DNA from: Gemmiger formicilis
Lineage (GTDB): Bacteria; Bacteroidota; Bacteroidia; Bacteroidales; Bacteroidaceae
NCBI GenBank assembly: GCA_963586965.1
Contig: CAVABU010000005.1
Coordinates: forward strand, 1 to 34,740
Reading direction: 5' to 3'
DNA: 34,740 nucleotides
Shown piece after piece: positions 21,052-30,407 of this stretch (position 1 is its first letter; each line of letters starts with the position of its first letter). The translations under genes were made by a program, and so were the position numbers. The notes beneath the pieces are model-generated. The model had not been told where the DNA came from, did no database searches, and worked only from the letters and a program-made list of their open reading frames with translations.

Positions 21052-21135
21052 CTCTTTTCTTTTAAAATAACCAAGAATTATTCTCTTTTTACACACTTTT
21101 TCTTGTTTTTCAGCATATTTGCGGAAGATAATTCG

Positions 21136-21143
21136 TAACTTTG
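21136..21143 (+). promoter_or_regulatory. -7 promoter element for efp
   Basis: TAACTTTG followed by CA, divergent from the rpmH promoter. Confidence 0.7.
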
Positions 21144-21252
21144 CACGTGTTGTGCGGGTTATTACGAGGTCACTGATGCATAGACGGCTTCCGTTGCCAC
21201 GACACGACATATTCGAAAAACAAATAATAACAAAACATACAAATTAAAGAAA

Positions 21253-21819
21253 ATGATTGGTTCACAAGACATCAAAAAGGGTACATGCATCCGTATGGAC
21301 GGATATATCTGGGTATGTATTGACTTCCAGCACATCAAGCCAGGTAAGGGTAACACTGTAATGCGCTGTAAGTTTAAGAATGTGGTTGACGGCCGTGTAA
21401 TCGAGCGTACATGGAACGTAGGTTTCAAGCTTGAGGACGTAGTCATCGAGCACCGCGACTACCAGTATCTGTATCAGGAGGGTGAGGACTACATCTTCAT
21501 GAACCTCGAGACTTACGAGCAGGCTCCTATCGCTAAGGACCTCATCACTGGTGTGGAATTCATGAAGGAGAGCGACACTGTGACTGTGGTCAGCGATACT
21601 ACTGACGGCACTGTGCTCTATGCAGAAATGCCTATCAAGACCAACCTGAAGGTGACTCATAGCGAGCCAGGTATCAAGGGCGACACTGCTACCAACACCC
21701 TCAAGCCTGCAACACTGGAGACTGGTGTAGAGATCCGCGTCCCTCTGTTTATCAACGAAGGTGACACCATCACTGTCGACACACGTGACGGAAGCTACGT
21801 AGGAAGAGTAAAGGCATAA
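21253..21819 (+). CDS. efp: Elongation factor P
   Basis: HIKPGKG loop, PGIKGDTA, KPATLETG, VPLFINEG. Confidence 0.98.
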   Translation: MIGSQDIKKGTCIRMDGYIWVCIDFQHIKPGKGNTVMRCKFKNVVDGRVIERTWNVGFKLEDVVIEHRDYQYLYQEGEDYIFMNLETYEQAPIAKDLITGVEFMKESDTVTVVSDTTDGTVLYAEMPIKTNLKVTHSEPGIKGDTATNTLKPATLETGVEIRVPLFINEGDTITVDTRDGSYVGRVKA

Positions 21820-22910
21820 TGCGCTTTTCTGTTGTCGTCCCCGTATTCAACCGTCCCGACGAGGTGAACGAGTTGCTGGAGAGCCTGACAAAGCAGACTC
21901 TCAAGGACTTCGAGGTGATAATCGTGGAGGATGGAAGTAGCATCCCATGCAAGGATGTGTGCAACAAATACGACGGCAGACTAGACATTATTTATATATA
22001 TAAGGAAAACTCCGGACCCGGACAGAGTCGCAACTGTGGCGCTGAACGGGCTTCCGGAGATTTTTTGTTGATACTTGACAGTGACGTGGTGTTGCCCGCA
22101 CAGTATATGCAGGCAGTGGCAGACGAATTGGACCGCGAAGATGCTGATGCCTTTGGTGGTCCCGATAGTGCACACCCATCATTCACTCCTGTGCAGAAGG
22201 CTATCTCCTACTCCATGACATCGTTCTTTACGACGGGAGGCATACGAGGAGGCAAGAAGAAACTCGACAAATTCTATCCACGCTCATTCAACATGGGCAT
22301 ACGCAGGACAGTGTATCATAAGTTGGGTGGTTTCTCCAAGATGAGATTTGGTGAAGACATCGACTTCTCCATCAGAATCTTCAAGGGTGGATACCGATGC
22401 CGTCTATTCCCCGAAGCATGGGTGTGGCACAAGAGGCGCACAGACTTCCGCAAGTTCTTCCGTCAAGTATACAACTCAGGCATAGCGCGCATCAATCTCT
22501 TCAAGAAATATCCTGACTCACTGAAAGTTGTGCATCTCTTGCCCACTGTATTCACCGTGGGCACAATATGTTGCCTTCTATTAGCCTTGCTGGGCATCAT
22601 CTCCCTGCTGACAGGCATCTGGTTTATGTCAAGACCGTCAGTATACGACTGCATGACAGGTCCTGTATCCATGGCAATAGCAGGACTATTCTTGACAGCA
22701 GGAGCACTTACGCCGCTCATCCTCTACTCGCTATTGATATTCATCGACTCCTCACGACAAAACAAGAGTCTGAAAGTCGGTCTACTGAGCATACCCGCCG
22801 CCTTCGTGCAACTCACGGGTTACGGACTAGGCTTCATCAATGCGTGGTGGAAGCGATGCGTCAGAGGCAAGGACGAGTTCTCGGCTTTCAATAAGACATT
22901 CTACAAATAG
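21819..22910 (+). CDS. GT2 family glycosyltransferase with C-terminal TM helices
   Basis: SVVVPVFN, VEDGS, ILDSD (DXD), GEDIDF. Confidence 0.9.
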   Translation: MRFSVVVPVFNRPDEVNELLESLTKQTLKDFEVIIVEDGSSIPCKDVCNKYDGRLDIIYIYKENSGPGQSRNCGAERASGDFLLILDSDVVLPAQYMQAVADELDREDADAFGGPDSAHPSFTPVQKAISYSMTSFFTTGGIRGGKKKLDKFYPRSFNMGIRRTVYHKLGGFSKMRFGEDIDFSIRIFKGGYRCRLFPEAWVWHKRRTDFRKFFRQVYNSGIARINLFKKYPDSLKVVHLLPTVFTVGTICCLLLALLGIISLLTGIWFMSRPSVYDCMTGPVSMAIAGLFLTAGALTPLILYSLLIFIDSSRQNKSLKVGLLSIPAAFVQLTGYGLGFINAWWKRCVRGKDEFSAFNKTFYK

Positions 22911-22919
22911 TCGACCACC

Positions 22920-23606
22920 ATGGGAAGCCTTGCCATAAACCAATGGGCAGAAGAGGACCGGCCACGAGAGAAACTGCGTGACAGAGGAGCAGAGGCATTG
23001 ACAAAAGCCGAACTGCTCGCCATACTAATCGGTTCGGGCACACCGAAGAAAAGTGCCGTAGAGCTCATGCAAGAGGTGCTCAGCGACTGCAAAGGCAATC
23101 TCAACACCCTCGGCAAGATGAGCATCCGCGAGTTGATGGGATATAATGGCATCGGCGAAGCAAAGGCCATCACCATACTCGCAGCATGCGAACTCGGCAA
23201 GCGTCGCCAACTGGAAAAGGCTGCCGACAGAGAAGACCTCAGTTCGGCGACTGCCATATACGAATACATGCACAGTCGTCTGCAAGACAAGGAGATAGAG
23301 GAAGCATGGTGTCTGCTAATGACACGCAACTTCAAACTCATCCGCGACTACCGACTGTCACAGGGAGGACTGACCGAGACGGCGATGGATGTCAGAATGA
23401 TAATCAAGGAGGCCCTGCTCTGCAATGCCACCGTCATAGCCATCTGCCACAACCACCCGAGCGGCAACAACCGGCCAAGCCGCGACGACGACCGCATCAC
23501 GTCGGCAGTAAACAAGGCATGCGAGACCATGAGGATATATTTCCTCGACCACGTGATAGTGACCGACGGTGACTATTATAGTTATCGTGAAAACGGAAAG
23601 TTATGA
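22920..23606 (+). CDS. radC: RadC family JAB-domain protein
   Basis: RPREKL, ELLAIL, GIGEAKA, HNHPSG, LDHVIV. Confidence 0.95.
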   Translation: MGSLAINQWAEEDRPREKLRDRGAEALTKAELLAILIGSGTPKKSAVELMQEVLSDCKGNLNTLGKMSIRELMGYNGIGEAKAITILAACELGKRRQLEKAADREDLSSATAIYEYMHSRLQDKEIEEAWCLLMTRNFKLIRDYRLSQGGLTETAMDVRMIIKEALLCNATVIAICHNHPSGNNRPSRDDDRITSAVNKACETMRIYFLDHVIVTDGDYYSYRENGKL

Positions 23607-23923
23607 CAATAGAAGAGAAAAACAATATAGAATCACGAATCGTCGATGTGCTCAAGACCGTCTACGATCCTGAAATCCCAGTAGATGTATACAATCTCGG
23701 ACTCATCTACAACATCGACCTGCATGACGACGGCACTCTCGATGTCGACATGACGCTGACAGCACCTGGATGCCCTGCGGCAGACTTCATCATGGAGGAT
23801 GTCCGCCAGAAACTAGACAACATCAATGGCGTGACGACAGCCAATGTCAATCTGATGTTCGAACCGGAATGGGACAAGTCCATGATGTCAGAAGAGGCGA
23901 GAGTAGAACTTGGTTTTGACTAA
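23603..23923 (+). CDS. DUF59 / SufT-like Fe-S assembly protein
   Basis: VYDPEIPVDVYNLGLIY, MTLTAPGCP, EPEW. Confidence 0.92.
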   Translation: MTIEEKNNIESRIVDVLKTVYDPEIPVDVYNLGLIYNIDLHDDGTLDVDMTLTAPGCPAADFIMEDVRQKLDNINGVTTANVNLMFEPEWDKSMMSEEARVELGFD

Positions 23924-23942
23924 CTCATAGATACACAGAGCA

Positions 23943-24710
23943 TTGAAACCCATATACATCATATCCGACGCACACCTTGGCTCGCTTGCCATTGACCACC
24001 GACGCACTCAGGAGCGCCGACTGGTAAGATTTCTTGACTCAATAAAAGACAAGGCCGCCGCAGTCTACATGCTCGGCGACATGTTTGACTTTTGGTACGA
24101 GTGGAAATATGTAGTGCCTAAAGGTTTCACACGTTTTCTTGGTAAGATAGCCGAACTCACCGACATGGGCGTGGAGGTGCACTATTTCACTGGCAACCAC
24201 GACATCTGGGCGTATGACTACCTGGAGCAAGAGTGTGGCGTGACCTTGCACTATGAACCGCTGACGACGGAGATCTACGGCAAACTGTTTTTCATGGCGC
24301 ACGGCGATGGCATGGGTGACCCCGACAGGTCTTTCAAACTCATACGCAGCATATTCCACAACAAAGTGTGCCAGTGGATGTTTACCAATCTCCTGCACCC
24401 CAACTTTGCCATGAAGATAGGACTGACATGGGCAAAGCACAGTCGACTGAAGAGGAAAGACGGCATGGAACCTCCATATATGGGCGAGGATAAGGAGCAC
24501 CTGGTGCTATTCACCAAGCAATATATGAAGACCCACAAGGACATAGACTTCTATCTCTATGGACACCGCCATATAGAACTCGACCTCATGCTCACGTCCA
24601 AGACTCGCATGATGATTCTCGGCGACTGGATATCACAGTTTACCTACGCCGTATGGGATGGTGAAAACCTATTTATGGAAAACTATATAGAGGGCGAAAG
24701 CAATCCTTGA
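23943..24710 (+). CDS. lpxH: UDP-2,3-diacylglucosamine diphosphatase (LpxH-like)
   Basis: SDAHLG, LGDMFDFW, GNHD, HGDG, GHRH, LGDW; TTG start. Confidence 0.85.
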   Translation: MKPIYIISDAHLGSLAIDHRRTQERRLVRFLDSIKDKAAAVYMLGDMFDFWYEWKYVVPKGFTRFLGKIAELTDMGVEVHYFTGNHDIWAYDYLEQECGVTLHYEPLTTEIYGKLFFMAHGDGMGDPDRSFKLIRSIFHNKVCQWMFTNLLHPNFAMKIGLTWAKHSRLKRKDGMEPPYMGEDKEHLVLFTKQYMKTHKDIDFYLYGHRHIELDLMLTSKTRMMILGDWISQFTYAVWDGENLFMENYIEGESNP

Positions 24711-24735
24711 TAGCGGACTTAAGTAGTTATTCATA

Positions 24736-24761
24736 TTAGTTGCAACGTCCTCGCTGCAACC
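24736..24761 (+). repeat. Solo REP-like palindrome, same family as 30774-30797
   Basis: TAGTTGCAACGTCCTCGCTGCAACC matches the reverse complement of 30772-30796 at 24/25. Confidence 0.8.
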
Positions 24762-24764
24762 ATC

Positions 24765-25055
24765 AGGAGAGGGTGTGTCAAAATAGGTTATCGCCCCAGC
24801 GGGGCAACTGCTAATAGCCCAGGGCAACGCCCTGGGTAATTATGCATTCAAACTATCTTGCGCCCTGTAAGGGCAACTGCTTTATAATCGCGAATAAGTT
24901 GATAGAAATAAGGTAGTTGCCCTTACAGGGCGCTTCTATATATGGACGATTATATTCCCAGGGTGCCGTCGCTTCGCTCCTCTGCCCTGGACTATATTGA
25001 AGTTGGGCTTACAGCCCGTAAGTATGAAAATAACAGTTTTGACACACTTCCTCCT
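24765..25055. repeat. Composite inverted-repeat element (REPIN/MITE-like)
   Basis: Terminal IR GTGTGTCAAAA (24773-24783) / TTTTGACACAC (25037-25047); inner perfect 19-bp IR 24860-24878 / 24915-24933; mirrored CCCAGGG...CCCTGG hairpins. Confidence 0.8.
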
Positions 25056-25058
25056 AAC

Positions 25059-25136
25059 GAAGATAGCTTCATCGACCAGAGAAGATATCTTCGTTGGCCA
25101 AAGAAGATAGCTTCGCCAGCCAGAGAAGATAGCTTC
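25059..25136. repeat. Four GAAGATAGCTTC-type near-palindromes at 22-bp period
   Basis: Copies at 25059, 25081, 25103, 25125 separated by related 10-bp spacers. Confidence 0.88.
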
Positions 25137-25157
25137 ATTTTTTTACGCAATCAGTTT

Positions 25158-26429
25158 TTAAAGGAGGGCAGGCAATTTATATAGTCCCACGCCATTGCTT
25201 CCTTTTATCAGAATGCACTGACGCTCAGGCAGATTGGCGCTTATAGCCTGTTCCACTGCTTCCACATTTGGGAAGACAGGGAATGAGGTCATAGTTTTGC
25301 CAAACTCTTCACCCACCAGCCACACTGTCTTGATGGAAGATGATGCCAGCATGTCCACTATCTTCTGATGCTCCGCCACCGACACTTCTCCTAACTCACG
25401 CATATCACCGAGGATGGCCATCTTCGGTTTTTCCACATCAAGTTTACAGAAATCCTCTATAGCGGCAGCCATACTCGTAGGGTTGGCGTTATAGGCATCC
25501 ACGACAAGACTATTTTTCTCCGTCACCACCAGTTGCGACCTATTGTTGCTCGGTTGATAATCAGCCAGCGCCGACTGTATCTTCTCATCACTCACACCAA
25601 AATATCTTCCCACAGTGACGGCAGCAAGCACATTGGCAAGATTATAAGTACCTATCAGTCGGGTATTTATGAGCAATCCATTCTCAAGACGCACGTTTAT
25701 GTAAGGCGTGCAACTCTCCACATGACCTTTCGTATAACCTATTGTATCCACACCTCGCGCCGATGCCATCTGCACGAGATCAGGGTCATTCTCGTTGAGA
25801 AATGCCTTCTCACCTTTTGATTTGAGAAAGTCATAGAGTTCGCCCTTCGTGCGCTTCACGCCCTCAAAACTACCGAAGCCGAGCAGATGAGCACGCCCAA
25901 CGTTTGTGATGAGTCCGCAAGTCGGCTCAGCAGTTTCCACAAGCGTCTTTATGTCACCAGGATGGCTTGCACCCATTTCCACGACCGCTATCTCATGCTC
26001 TTTAGTGAGTCTAAGGAGCGTCTTTGGCACGCCGACATCATTATTGAAATTGCCCTGCGTAAACATCACGTTATATTTTGCACCGAGCACAGTCGACACC
26101 AGTTCTTTGGTAGTCGTCTTGCCGTTTGTACCCGTGATACCGATTACAGGAATATTAAAACGACGTCTATGCTCACGCGCCACATCCTTGAATGCTTGCA
26201 ACACATCGTCTACAAGGATAATACGACTATCTTCCACACTGGCAAACAGCGACTTATCATCCACCACAGCATAACCACAACCCTGCTCGAGAGCGGTCAT
26301 AGCAAACTTATTGCCATCAAACGATGCGCCCTTGAGGGCAAAGAATATCGAGCCCGCAGGACAGTTGCGACTATCCGTCGTGTAACATCCCTGCTTGGCA
26401 TACAAATCATAGAGTTCTTCGATTGACAT
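25158..26429 (-). CDS. murF: UDP-MurNAc-tripeptide--D-Ala-D-Ala ligase
   Basis: TDSR, GITGTNGKTTTK, GNFNNDVG, EMGASH, DAYNANP, LGDMRELG; start set at ATG 26429 (MSIEELY), downstream of a TAATTTTG element at 26453-26460. Confidence 0.96.
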   Translation of the reverse strand: MSIEELYDLYAKQGCYTTDSRNCPAGSIFFALKGASFDGNKFAMTALEQGCGYAVVDDKSLFASVEDSRIILVDDVLQAFKDVAREHRRRFNIPVIGITGTNGKTTTKELVSTVLGAKYNVMFTQGNFNNDVGVPKTLLRLTKEHEIAVVEMGASHPGDIKTLVETAEPTCGLITNVGRAHLLGFGSFEGVKRTKGELYDFLKSKGEKAFLNENDPDLVQMASARGVDTIGYTKGHVESCTPYINVRLENGLLINTRLIGTYNLANVLAAVTVGRYFGVSDEKIQSALADYQPSNNRSQLVVTEKNSLVVDAYNANPTSMAAAIEDFCKLDVEKPKMAILGDMRELGEVSVAEHQKIVDMLASSSIKTVWLVGEEFGKTMTSFPVFPNVEAVEQAISANLPERQCILIKGSNGVGLYKLPALL

Positions 26430-26537
26430 CACTATATATTTTTCTGGTTGCACAAAATTACAAACATTTATTCTATGAGGCAACGAATGGCAACAAAAAT
26501 ATTGTCATGTAAAGATTGCACTTTCTGATATTATTAG

Positions 26538-26545
26538 TAATTTTG
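26538..26545 (+). promoter_or_regulatory. -7 promoter element directly upstream of folP
   Basis: TAATTTTG followed by CATATGATG. Confidence 0.6.
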
Positions 26546-26548
26546 CAT

Positions 26549-27349
26549 ATGATGTCACAGACTGAATTACCATACATTATCCTACACGGAGAAAAGTACT
26601 GTTTCCATGAGCCTGAGGTCATGGGAATACTCAATGTCACCCCCGACTCTTTCTTTGCCGGCAGCCGCAAGCAGACGGAAAAGGAAATAGCCCAGCGCAC
26701 AAATGATATCATCGCCGAGGGAGCCACCATGATAGACGTGGGCGCATGCTCCACGCGACCTGGGTCGGACCCCGTCTCGGAAGAGGAAGAGATGGCACGT
26801 CTGAAAAAAGCCCTCGTCATAGTGCGACGCGAACAACCCAAAGCCATCCTCTCCATTGACACCTTCCGCCCCAATGTGGCAAAGATGTGCGTGGAGGAGT
26901 TTGGCGCTGACATCATCAATGACGTGTCGGAAGGTTGCGACGAGATGTATCGTCTGACGGCAGACCTTGACGTGCCTTACATCCTCATGTCTACAGGTGC
27001 TACGACCGAAGACGTAAAGACACTCTTTATCGACAAGTCAAAGGCACTCAACGCACTGGGATGCGACAATATCATCCTTGACCCAGGTTATGGTTTTGGT
27101 AAGGACATCGACCAAAACTATAGCATAATGAAGCGACAGCAGCAACTGCGCATCTCGCACTATCCGCTCCTCGTGGGCATCAGCCGAAAGCGCTTGATAT
27201 GGCAACTGCTGAACAGCACGCCCGACGAGGCTCTCAACGGCACATCTGTGGTCAATGCTTTCGCCCTGCTTCAGGGTGCAGACATACTGAGAGTGCATGA
27301 CGTGAAGCAGGCAGTGGAAACCATCAAGATTATAGAAAAATGTTCTTGA
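26549..27349 (+). CDS. folP: Dihydropteroate synthase
   Basis: MGILNVTPDSF, STRPG, SIDTF, DPGYGFGK, GISRK, LRVHDV; start at ATG 26549 or 26552. Confidence 0.96.
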   Translation: MMSQTELPYIILHGEKYCFHEPEVMGILNVTPDSFFAGSRKQTEKEIAQRTNDIIAEGATMIDVGACSTRPGSDPVSEEEEMARLKKALVIVRREQPKAILSIDTFRPNVAKMCVEEFGADIINDVSEGCDEMYRLTADLDVPYILMSTGATTEDVKTLFIDKSKALNALGCDNIILDPGYGFGKDIDQNYSIMKRQQQLRISHYPLLVGISRKRLIWQLLNSTPDEALNGTSVVNAFALLQGADILRVHDVKQAVETIKIIEKCS

Positions 27350-28104
27350 ACTTCGGAATAAAAGACGCCATCGACATCATACTCGTGGCCCTGTTGCTCT
27401 ATTATGCCTACAGGGTCATGAAGGCATCGCGCTCACTGTATGTATTCACCGGCATAGTGCTGTTTGTCCTCATATGGCTCATCGTCAGCCAAGTGCTTGA
27501 GATGCGCCTGTTGGGAGGCATCATGAGCCAGTTGATCAACGTGGGTGTCATCGGCCTCATCATCCTCTTCCAGGAAGATGTGAGAAAATTTCTCTATAGC
27601 CTCGGTTCACACCATCGCGTCAGACGTTTCTCCCACATGCTGGGCATAGGATCCAAAGAGGAGTCTATGAGCAAGGAGTCGATAATGCCTATCGTCATGG
27701 CTTGCCTCAACATGGCCCGTCAGAAGACAGGAGCACTGATAGTGATAGAGAAAGGCATCAACATCGACGACGTGGTGGAGACTGGCGACATTATCGATGC
27801 TCGTATCAATCAGCGACTTATAGAAAACATATTCTTCAAGAACTCACCACTCCACGACGGAGCGCTCATCATATCAAAGAAGCGTCTCAAGGCTGCCGGT
27901 TGTATCCTGCCTGTAGCCCACGACATGGACATACCAAAGGAGTTTGGTCTGCGCCACCGCGCCGCCATGGGCATATCACAGACCAGCGACGCCCTCGCCA
28001 TCGTAGTGTCAGAGGAGACAGGCCGTATCACAGCAGCCAAGAACGGAAAGTTTAGAGTGAGACTCTCCGCAGAAGAATTGGAAAGTATATTGACAGAGAA
28101 TTAA
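27340..28104 (+). CDS. cdaA: Diadenylate cyclase (CdaA/DacA type)
   Basis: Three N-terminal TM helices; SPLHDGA, GLRHRAA, VSEETG. Confidence 0.93.
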   Translation: MFLNFGIKDAIDIILVALLLYYAYRVMKASRSLYVFTGIVLFVLIWLIVSQVLEMRLLGGIMSQLINVGVIGLIILFQEDVRKFLYSLGSHHRVRRFSHMLGIGSKEESMSKESIMPIVMACLNMARQKTGALIVIEKGINIDDVVETGDIIDARINQRLIENIFFKNSPLHDGALIISKKRLKAAGCILPVAHDMDIPKEFGLRHRAAMGISQTSDALAIVVSEETGRITAAKNGKFRVRLSAEELESILTEN

Positions 28105-28112
28105 CATAAACA

Positions 28113-29156
28113 ATGGATTTACTAGAAAAGATTTGCATGCGTGCCAAGAGTAACAGGCAACGCATCGTGCTCCCGGAAGCCACCGAGGAGCGTACACTTC
28201 GTGCCGCCGACAAGGTTCTTGCCGACAAATTGGCTGATCTCATCCTTATCGGAAACCCAAAGGAGATAATGGATCTGGCAGCCAAGTGGGGTCTGACTCA
28301 TATAGACCAGGCTACCCTCATCGACCCGCTCGACAATCCGAAGAGCGAGGAGTATGCCGCATTGCTCACCGAACTGCGTAAGAGCAAGGGCATGACCATC
28401 GAGAAGGCTCGTGAACTGGTGAAGAATCCTCTCTATCTGGGATGCATGATCATCAAGACTGAGGGTGCTGACGGACAGATTTCTGGAGCGCTATCTACCA
28501 CAGGTGACACTCTGCGCCCTGCCCTGCAGATCATCAAGTGCGCCCCAGGCGTAAGTTGCGTGAGCGGTGCCATGCTCGTCCTCACACACGAGCAGCAGTA
28601 TGGTGAAAATGGTATCGTAGTCATGGGCGACGTAGCCGTGACTCCTAACCCGACAGCAGACCAGTTGGCACAAATCGCTTACACCACATGCCAGACAGCA
28701 AAGAGCGTGGCAGGATTTACTGACCCACACGTTGCCATGCTGAGTTTCTCTACTAAGGGATCTGCTAAGGATGCCATCGACAAGGCTACTGGCAAGAGCG
28801 TCTACATCATCGACAAAGTGGTGGAAGCCACTAAGATAGCCAAGGAGCGCTATCCTGAGATGAAGGTTGACGGCGAACTGCAGGCTGATGCCGCTCTCGA
28901 CCCTGCCACAGCAGCCAAGAAGGCTCCAGGTAGCGACGTGGCAGGCAAGGCTAACGTGCTCGTAGTGCCTAACCTTGAAGTGGGCAACATCGGTTACAAA
29001 CTGGTGCAGCGTCTTGGCGGTGCCATCGCCATCGGCCCTATCCTTCAGGGTATCGCACGTCCTGTCAACGACCTTTCACGCGGTTGCTCCGTAGACGACA
29101 TCTACTATATGGTGGCAATCACTGCTTGCCAGGCCATGGACGCAAAGGAAGCATAA
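28113..29156 (+). CDS. pta: Phosphate acetyltransferase
   Basis: RIVLPE, LRPALQII, SFSTKGSA, DGELQADAA, NDLSRGCS. Confidence 0.97.
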   Translation: MDLLEKICMRAKSNRQRIVLPEATEERTLRAADKVLADKLADLILIGNPKEIMDLAAKWGLTHIDQATLIDPLDNPKSEEYAALLTELRKSKGMTIEKARELVKNPLYLGCMIIKTEGADGQISGALSTTGDTLRPALQIIKCAPGVSCVSGAMLVLTHEQQYGENGIVVMGDVAVTPNPTADQLAQIAYTTCQTAKSVAGFTDPHVAMLSFSTKGSAKDAIDKATGKSVYIIDKVVEATKIAKERYPEMKVDGELQADAALDPATAAKKAPGSDVAGKANVLVVPNLEVGNIGYKLVQRLGGAIAIGPILQGIARPVNDLSRGCSVDDIYYMVAITACQAMDAKEA

Positions 29157-29192
29157 GTCATCATCATATACACTTATACAAACAGAACAACA

Positions 29193-30395
29193 ATGAAAAT
29201 ATTAGTATTAAACTGTGGTAGCAGTTCTATAAAATACAAACTCTACAACATGGACGACCAGTCAGTGATGGCTGCCGGCGGTGCTGAGAGAATCGGTCTT
29301 GACGAGAGTTTCGTAAAGGTGACATTGCCTAACGGCGAGAAGAAGAAGATCATGCACGACATGCCTGAGCACAATGAGGGCGTAAACTTCGTGCTGAGCC
29401 TGCTCACCGACCCTGAGTTGGGTGCTATCAAGTCACTTGACGAGATAGACGCCGTAGGCCACAGAGTGGTGCAGGGCGGTGACAAATACTGCGAAAGCGT
29501 CATCGTGGATCAAAGCGTGGAAGACGGTATCGAGGAACTCTGCGACCTCGCTCCTGTGCACAACGCAGGTCACCTGAAGGGTCTGAAGGCAGTAGACAAG
29601 AATATGCCTGGCACTCCACAGGTGTGCGTATTTGACAATGCATTCCACTCCACAATGCCAGCGAAGGCTTTCCTCTATGCCATCCCTTACGATCTCTACG
29701 AGAAATATCACGTGCGTCGCTACGGATTTCACGGCACATCACACCGCTACGTGTCACAGCGCGTATGCGAGATGCTCGGTCGTGACATCAAGACACAGCG
29801 CATCATCACCTGCCACATCGGCAATGGTGCTTCTGTGAGCGCAGTGGAGTATGGCAAGTGTATCGACACATCCATGGGTCTCACCCCATTGGCTGGTCTG
29901 ATGATGGGTAGCCGCTCAGGCGACATCGATCCTTCTGCCGTGACCTATCTCATGGACAAGTTGGGCAAGAAGCCACAGGAGATGGCAGACTTCCTCAATA
30001 AGGAGAGCGGTGTGCTCGGTATCTCTGGCGTCGGCTCTGATATGCGCGACGTGGAGAATGCAGCCGCTGAAGGCAATGAGCGTGCACAACTGGCACTTGA
30101 CATGTATGCATACCGTATCAAGAAGTATATCGGTGCTTATGCAGCAGCCATGGGCGGTGTGGACATCATCGTGTGGACTGCCGGCGTAGGCGAGAATCAG
30201 ATTGGCATGCGTATGGACTCTTGCAAGGGATTGGAATACCTCGGAGTAAAGATGGACGCAGAGGCCAACAACGTGAAAGGCAAGGAAGCTATCATCTCTG
30301 CTCCTGACTCAAAGGTGACAGTCTGCGTAGTGCCTACAGACGAGGAACTCGTCATAGCAAGAGACACTCAGGAACTGCTTCTGAAGAGAAAGTAA
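29193..30395 (+). CDS. ackA: Acetate kinase
   Basis: LVLNCGSSSIK, GHRVV, RRYGFHGTSH, TDEELVIA. Confidence 0.98.
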   Translation: MKILVLNCGSSSIKYKLYNMDDQSVMAAGGAERIGLDESFVKVTLPNGEKKKIMHDMPEHNEGVNFVLSLLTDPELGAIKSLDEIDAVGHRVVQGGDKYCESVIVDQSVEDGIEELCDLAPVHNAGHLKGLKAVDKNMPGTPQVCVFDNAFHSTMPAKAFLYAIPYDLYEKYHVRRYGFHGTSHRYVSQRVCEMLGRDIKTQRIITCHIGNGASVSAVEYGKCIDTSMGLTPLAGLMMGSRSGDIDPSAVTYLMDKLGKKPQEMADFLNKESGVLGISGVGSDMRDVENAAAEGNERAQLALDMYAYRIKKYIGAYAAAMGGVDIIVWTAGVGENQIGMRMDSCKGLEYLGVKMDAEANNVKGKEAIISAPDSKVTVCVVPTDEELVIARDTQELLLKRK

Positions 30396-30407
30396 TCATG
30401 TATATTG

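Noticed and set aside
22920..23606. radC as a marker of a mobile element
   Set aside because: It is the full-length chromosomal form with the N-terminal HhH region, in a housekeeping operon.
25059..25136. Mini-CRISPR interpretation of the repeat-spacer array
   Set aside because: Repeats (12 bp) and spacers (10 bp) are far too short, the spacers resemble each other, and no cas genes are present.
24942..25184. 80-aa ORF on plus
   Set aside because: It runs through the palindromic cassette and the 22-bp array; the repeated EDSF peptide simply reflects the DNA repeat.
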